DNA of 64,000 bases from an uncultured Gammaproteobacteria bacterium (lineage in GTDB: Bacteria > Pseudomonadota > Gammaproteobacteria > CAWCPV01), in contig CAWCPV010000003.1 in NCBI GenBank assembly GCA_963797555.1, forward strand, positions 864,001-928,000, given 5' to 3'. A program made the translations under genes and the position numbers. Of the stretch, positions 60,593 to 64,000 are shown in pieces (positions within the stretch are counted from its first letter, which is position 1; each line of letters opens with the position of its first letter). A model generated the notes under the pieces. The model was not told where the DNA came from. It worked only from the letters and a program-made list of their open reading frames with translations, and did not search any database.

Positions 60593-60888
60593 GCAGCCGA
60601 GCAAACAACATTCAGGCCGTTGCCGAGGACCACTGCGTTGCACCGGAACAGGCACACCAACCGCTGCGGCTGTGCGTGCAGCAGGCGCTGGAAACGTACT
60701 TCCAGCATCTCGATGGGCACCCGCCTCACGACCTGTACCAGTTCGTCATGGCCGAGGTCGAGCCGCCTTTGCTGGAGGTCACGTTGCGCTATTCCGCGGG
60801 GAACCAGAGCAGGGCTGCGGAGTTGCTGGGGATGAACCGCGGCACGCTCCGCAAGAAGCTACGCTACTACGGCATCGACAAGGCATGA
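60589..60888 (+). CDS. fis: DNA-binding protein Fis
   Basis: EVEPPLL...GNQSRAAELLGMNRGTLRKKL; overlaps the dusB stop. Confidence 0.93.
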   Translation: MSSRANNIQAVAEDHCVAPEQAHQPLRLCVQQALETYFQHLDGHPPHDLYQFVMAEVEPPLLEVTLRYSAGNQSRAAELLGMNRGTLRKKLRYYGIDKA

Positions 60889-60931
60889 GTGAAGATAGGC
60901 CAATCAGGCGCTGCGACCGGGAGAGAGTGGC

Positions 60932-62515
60932 ATGAGCGACGCGGCCGGTTTGGTAATCCGGCGCGCACTCCTGAGTGTGTATGACAAGCGAGGCATCGCG
61001 GAGTTGGCGGCCGACCTGCACCGCCTCGGGGTGCAGCTATTGTCCACCGGCGGAACCGCCAAGCTATTGGCGGAAACTGGCGTACCGACGACGGAGGTGT
61101 CCGACTACACGGGATTCCCCGAGATCATGGATGGTCGTGTTAAGACGCTCCACCCGAAGATCCACGGGGGACTGTTGGGCAGACCCCGAGTCGACGACGA
61201 GGTGATGTCCCGCCATGGGATCGCACCCATCGATCTACTCGTGGTGAACCTCTATCCGTTCGTCGAGGTCACGGCCCGTTCCGACTGCGATCTGGCCATG
61301 GCCATCGAGCATATCGATGTCGGAGGCTCGGCGATGATTCGGGCCGCGGCCAAGAACCACGGGCGCGTTACCGTGCTGGTGGATCCGGACGACTATGCCC
61401 TGGTGCGGGGGGAGCTGAGATCCCACGGCGGGGCCGTGGGCGAGGCCACGCGTTACCACCTGGCCACCAAGGCGTTCCAGCACACAGCGGCGTACGATGG
61501 CGCCGTCGCCGCCTACCTGGGGAGCCGGCAAGCCGACAGCACTCGGCATGCGTTTCCGACAACCTGGCACCTACAGCTCACCAAGGCGATGGACCTCAGG
61601 TATGGCGAGAATCCTCATCAACGCGCTGCGTTCTACGTGGAACCCGACGCGCCGGCCGGCTGCATCGCCAGCGCGCGCCAGCTACTGGGCAAGGAACTGT
61701 CCTTTAACAATATCGCCGACGCCGATGCGTCCTTGGAGTGCGTCAAGTCCTTCGACGAGGGAGCCGCGTGTGTCATCGTCAAGCATGCCAACCCTTGTGG
61801 TGTCGCGCTTGGCGAGGTCCCGCTGGAGGCATACGAGCGGGCCTACGCCGTCGACCCGACCTCGGCCTTCGGCGGCGTCATCGCCTTCAACCGCCGGCTC
61901 GATGCCGCCACCGCGCGAGCCATCGTCGAGCGCCAGTTCGTCGAAGTGATCGTCGCGCCTGAAGTGACGGCGGATGCGTTGGCTATCTTGGCCACCAAGA
62001 AGAACCTGCGGGTGCTCGCCTGCGGCTGGTGGGCGCCACCCAGCGCGACGGACATCGATTATCGACGTGTCCTCGCAGGCATGCTGATCCAACAACGCGA
62101 CGTGCCGGCCACATCTCCGGGCCAGGGCAAGGTGGTGAGCCGGCGCGTCCCGTCCCCTCAGGAGTGGGACGACCTTTGGTTCGCCTGGAAGGTCGTGAGG
62201 TTCGTGAAGTCCAATGCCATCGTGTATGCGCGCGGCGCACAGACGGTCGGCATCGGGGCGGGGCAGATGAGTCGTGTCATGAGCGCCAAGATCGCGGCGC
62301 TGAAGGCCGACGAGGCCAAGCTCGGACCGTCCGGGGCGGTCATGGCCTCGGATGCGTTCTTCCCTTTCCGGGACAGCATCGACCAGGCCGCCGCCGCGGG
62401 AATCCGGGCCGTGATTCAGCCCGGAGGTTCGATACGCGACTCGGAGGTGGTCACCGCAGCCGACGAGCATGACATGGCCATGGTCTTCACCGGAATCCGC
62501 CATTTCCGTCATTAG
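60932..62515 (+). CDS. purH: AICAR transformylase/IMP cyclohydrolase
   Basis: [24 protein letters not shown] and SDAFFPF motifs. Confidence 0.97.
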   Translation: MSDAAGLVIRRALLSVYDKRGIAELAADLHRLGVQLLSTGGTAKLLAETGVPTTEVSDYTGFPEIMDGRVKTLHPKIHGGLLGRPRVDDEVMSRHGIAPIDLLVVNLYPFVEVTARSDCDLAMAIEHIDVGGSAMIRAAAKNHGRVTVLVDPDDYALVRGELRSHGGAVGEATRYHLATKAFQHTAAYDGAVAAYLGSRQADSTRHAFPTTWHLQLTKAMDLRYGENPHQRAAFYVEPDAPAGCIASARQLLGKELSFNNIADADASLECVKSFDEGAACVIVKHANPCGVALGEVPLEAYERAYAVDPTSAFGGVIAFNRRLDAATARAIVERQFVEVIVAPEVTADALAILATKKNLRVLACGWWAPPSATDIDYRRVLAGMLIQQRDVPATSPGQGKVVSRRVPSPQEWDDLWFAWKVVRFVKSNAIVYARGAQTVGIGAGQMSRVMSAKIAALKADEAKLGPSGAVMASDAFFPFRDSIDQAAAAGIRAVIQPGGSIRDSEVVTAADEHDMAMVFTGIRHFRH

Positions 62516-62687
62516 TCTCGCCGGGCGTGGGCAACGCAATCGCTGTTCGGCGAACGCCGGTACCAGCCGCCCCGAGGACAGGACGGCCTAGTCCAGGGTG
62601 GCGGCTCAGGCGCCCCCGGTGTGGCATCGCTTGCCTCGGACACGGCAGCGAGCACCAAGCCGAGCCGCCAGGCGCGGGAAACGGCAT

Positions 62688-63980
62688 GTGAGGATCCTCA
62701 TCGTCGGCAGTGGCGGGCGAGAGCATGCCCTCGCCTGGAAAGTCGCCCAGTCGCCCCAGGTGCAGCACGTGTTCGTGGCACCTGGCAATGCTGGAACCGC
62801 CCGCGAGCCGAAGGTCCACAACGTGCCGCTAAACGCTGGCGAGCTGGAACGGCTTGCCGACTTTGCCCGATCGCAGTCCGTGGACCTGACCATAGTCGGA
62901 CCCGAACTGCCCTTGGTCGCGGGCCTTGCGGATCTCTTCCGGGCTCAGGGGCTGCGCTGCTTTGGGCCTTCCCGCGCCGCAGCACGACTGGAGGGCTCCA
63001 AGGTCTTTGCCAAGGACTTCATGGTCCGCCACGGTATCCCGACGGCGTCGTCTCGGACCTTCACGGACCTATCGGAAGCCCTGGCGTATGTGCAGTCGCA
63101 CCCGTCACCCTTGGTGGTCAAGGCGGACGGGCTGGCGGGGGGTAAGGGCGTGGTCGTGGCTCAGAACCGCGAACAGGCTGAGACCGCGATCCGCAACATG
63201 TTGGCCGGCAAAGTCTTCGGAGAGGCTGGTCAGCGCATCCTCGTCGAGGAGTATCTCGTCGGGGAAGAGGCGAGCTTCATCGCCATGGTGGACGGCCAGA
63301 ACGTGCTGCCCTTCGCTGGCTCCCAGGACCACAAGACGCGGGACGACGGCGACCGCGGTCCTAACACCGGGGGCATGGGGGCGTACTCGCCCGCGCCCGT
63401 GCTGACGGAGCCGGTTCAGGAGCGGGTCCTGCGCACCATCGTCGAGCCGGTCGTGCGCGGCATGGTCGCCGAGGGACACGCTTACTCGGGCTTCCTTTAC
63501 GCGGGCATCGTGATCGACCCGGAAGGCCTGCCGCGCGTCCTGGAGTTCAACTGTCGCCTCGGTGACCCGGAGGCCCAGCCGCTCCTCATGCGACTTCGCT
63601 CGGACTTGGTGGACCTCTGCCAAGCAGGCTGCAGCGGCAGCTTGAGCGATGTCCAGGCACGCTGGGACCCACGCACTGCGGTGGGGGTGGTGATGGCGGC
63701 GGCTGGATACCCCGAGACCTATCGCAAGGGCGACATCGTCCACGGGCTGCCCGAACATGAGGTCCCGGACGCGAAGGTTTTCCACGCTGGCACGGCGGAG
63801 GAGCAGGGGAACATCGTGACCGATGGAGGCCGGGTGTTGTGCGCGGTCGCCCTGGGGACGGATGCCGCCGAAGCGCAGGCGCGTGCCTATCGGCTAGTGC
63901 GCCAAATCCATTGGGATGGGGTGTATTACCGTAGCGACATCGGGCACCGGGCGATTGCCAGGGCGGTAGCTCGTGAATAA
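62688..63980 (+). CDS. purD: Phosphoribosylamine-glycine ligase
   Basis: GSGGREHA, KADGLAGGKGV, GPNTGGMGAY and EFNCRLGDPE motifs; GTG start. Confidence 0.96.
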   Translation: MRILIVGSGGREHALAWKVAQSPQVQHVFVAPGNAGTAREPKVHNVPLNAGELERLADFARSQSVDLTIVGPELPLVAGLADLFRAQGLRCFGPSRAAARLEGSKVFAKDFMVRHGIPTASSRTFTDLSEALAYVQSHPSPLVVKADGLAGGKGVVVAQNREQAETAIRNMLAGKVFGEAGQRILVEEYLVGEEASFIAMVDGQNVLPFAGSQDHKTRDDGDRGPNTGGMGAYSPAPVLTEPVQERVLRTIVEPVVRGMVAEGHAYSGFLYAGIVIDPEGLPRVLEFNCRLGDPEAQPLLMRLRSDLVDLCQAGCSGSLSDVQARWDPRTAVGVVMAAAGYPETYRKGDIVHGLPEHEVPDAKVFHAGTAEEQGNIVTDGGRVLCAVALGTDAAEAQARAYRLVRQIHWDGVYYRSDIGHRAIARAVARE

Positions 63981-64000
63981 ATCTGCTTCGTCCCGATGGC

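Noticed and set aside
1-64000. CRISPR array or other cas genes accompanying the Cas6-like gene
   Set aside because: No regularly spaced direct repeats were seen in any intergenic region, and no cas1/2/3/5/7/8 motifs appear in the ORFs. A very degenerate mini-array could escape inspection by eye.
1-64000. tRNA or rRNA genes
   Set aside because: No cloverleaf or T-loop signatures or rRNA-like stretches were recognised.

Overview
GC-rich 64-kb window, most likely from a sulfur-oxidising gammaproteobacterium (inferred from gene content). The core is an oxidative (reverse) dsr operon on the minus strand, dsrABEFHCMKLJOPN-dsrR (34.3-47.2 kb). Downstream of it lies a ~21-kb block of mostly uncharacterised genes (13.4-34.3 kb). 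This block holds dsrS, an Alvin_2107-like protein, two atypical DsrC paralogs, three Fe(II)/2OG dioxygenases, a dihydrolipoamide-dehydrogenase-like enzyme, an HTH-less S24 domain and two paralogous 4-Cys proteins. Its most striking part is a tight operon: TauD-like dioxygenase, small protein, helical-repeat protein, stand-alone Cas6 (Cmx6-like), Cys-free DsrC paralog, small protein. There is no CRISPR array or other cas gene in the window, so this is the best candidate for an undescribed system, possibly an exapted RNA endonuclease tied to sulfur metabolism. In this sequence the Cas6 gene has an ATT in place of ATG and a +1 frameshift in its G-loop. PHA genes bracket the sulfur region (phaP-phaA-phaB-phaR on the left, phaE-phaC on the right). 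A suf operon, ggt and rtcA pseudogenes and prmA-dusB-fis-purH-purD follow. The first 9 kb is rich in mobile-element debris: an ISL3 nested in an IS630, remnants of ISAzo13, IS4 and IS1202-like elements, and a solitary attC-like site. Several isolated indels (dsrO, Rieske ferredoxin, cas6, RND permease) may be assembly errors. All family assignments are by motif recognition, with no database search.
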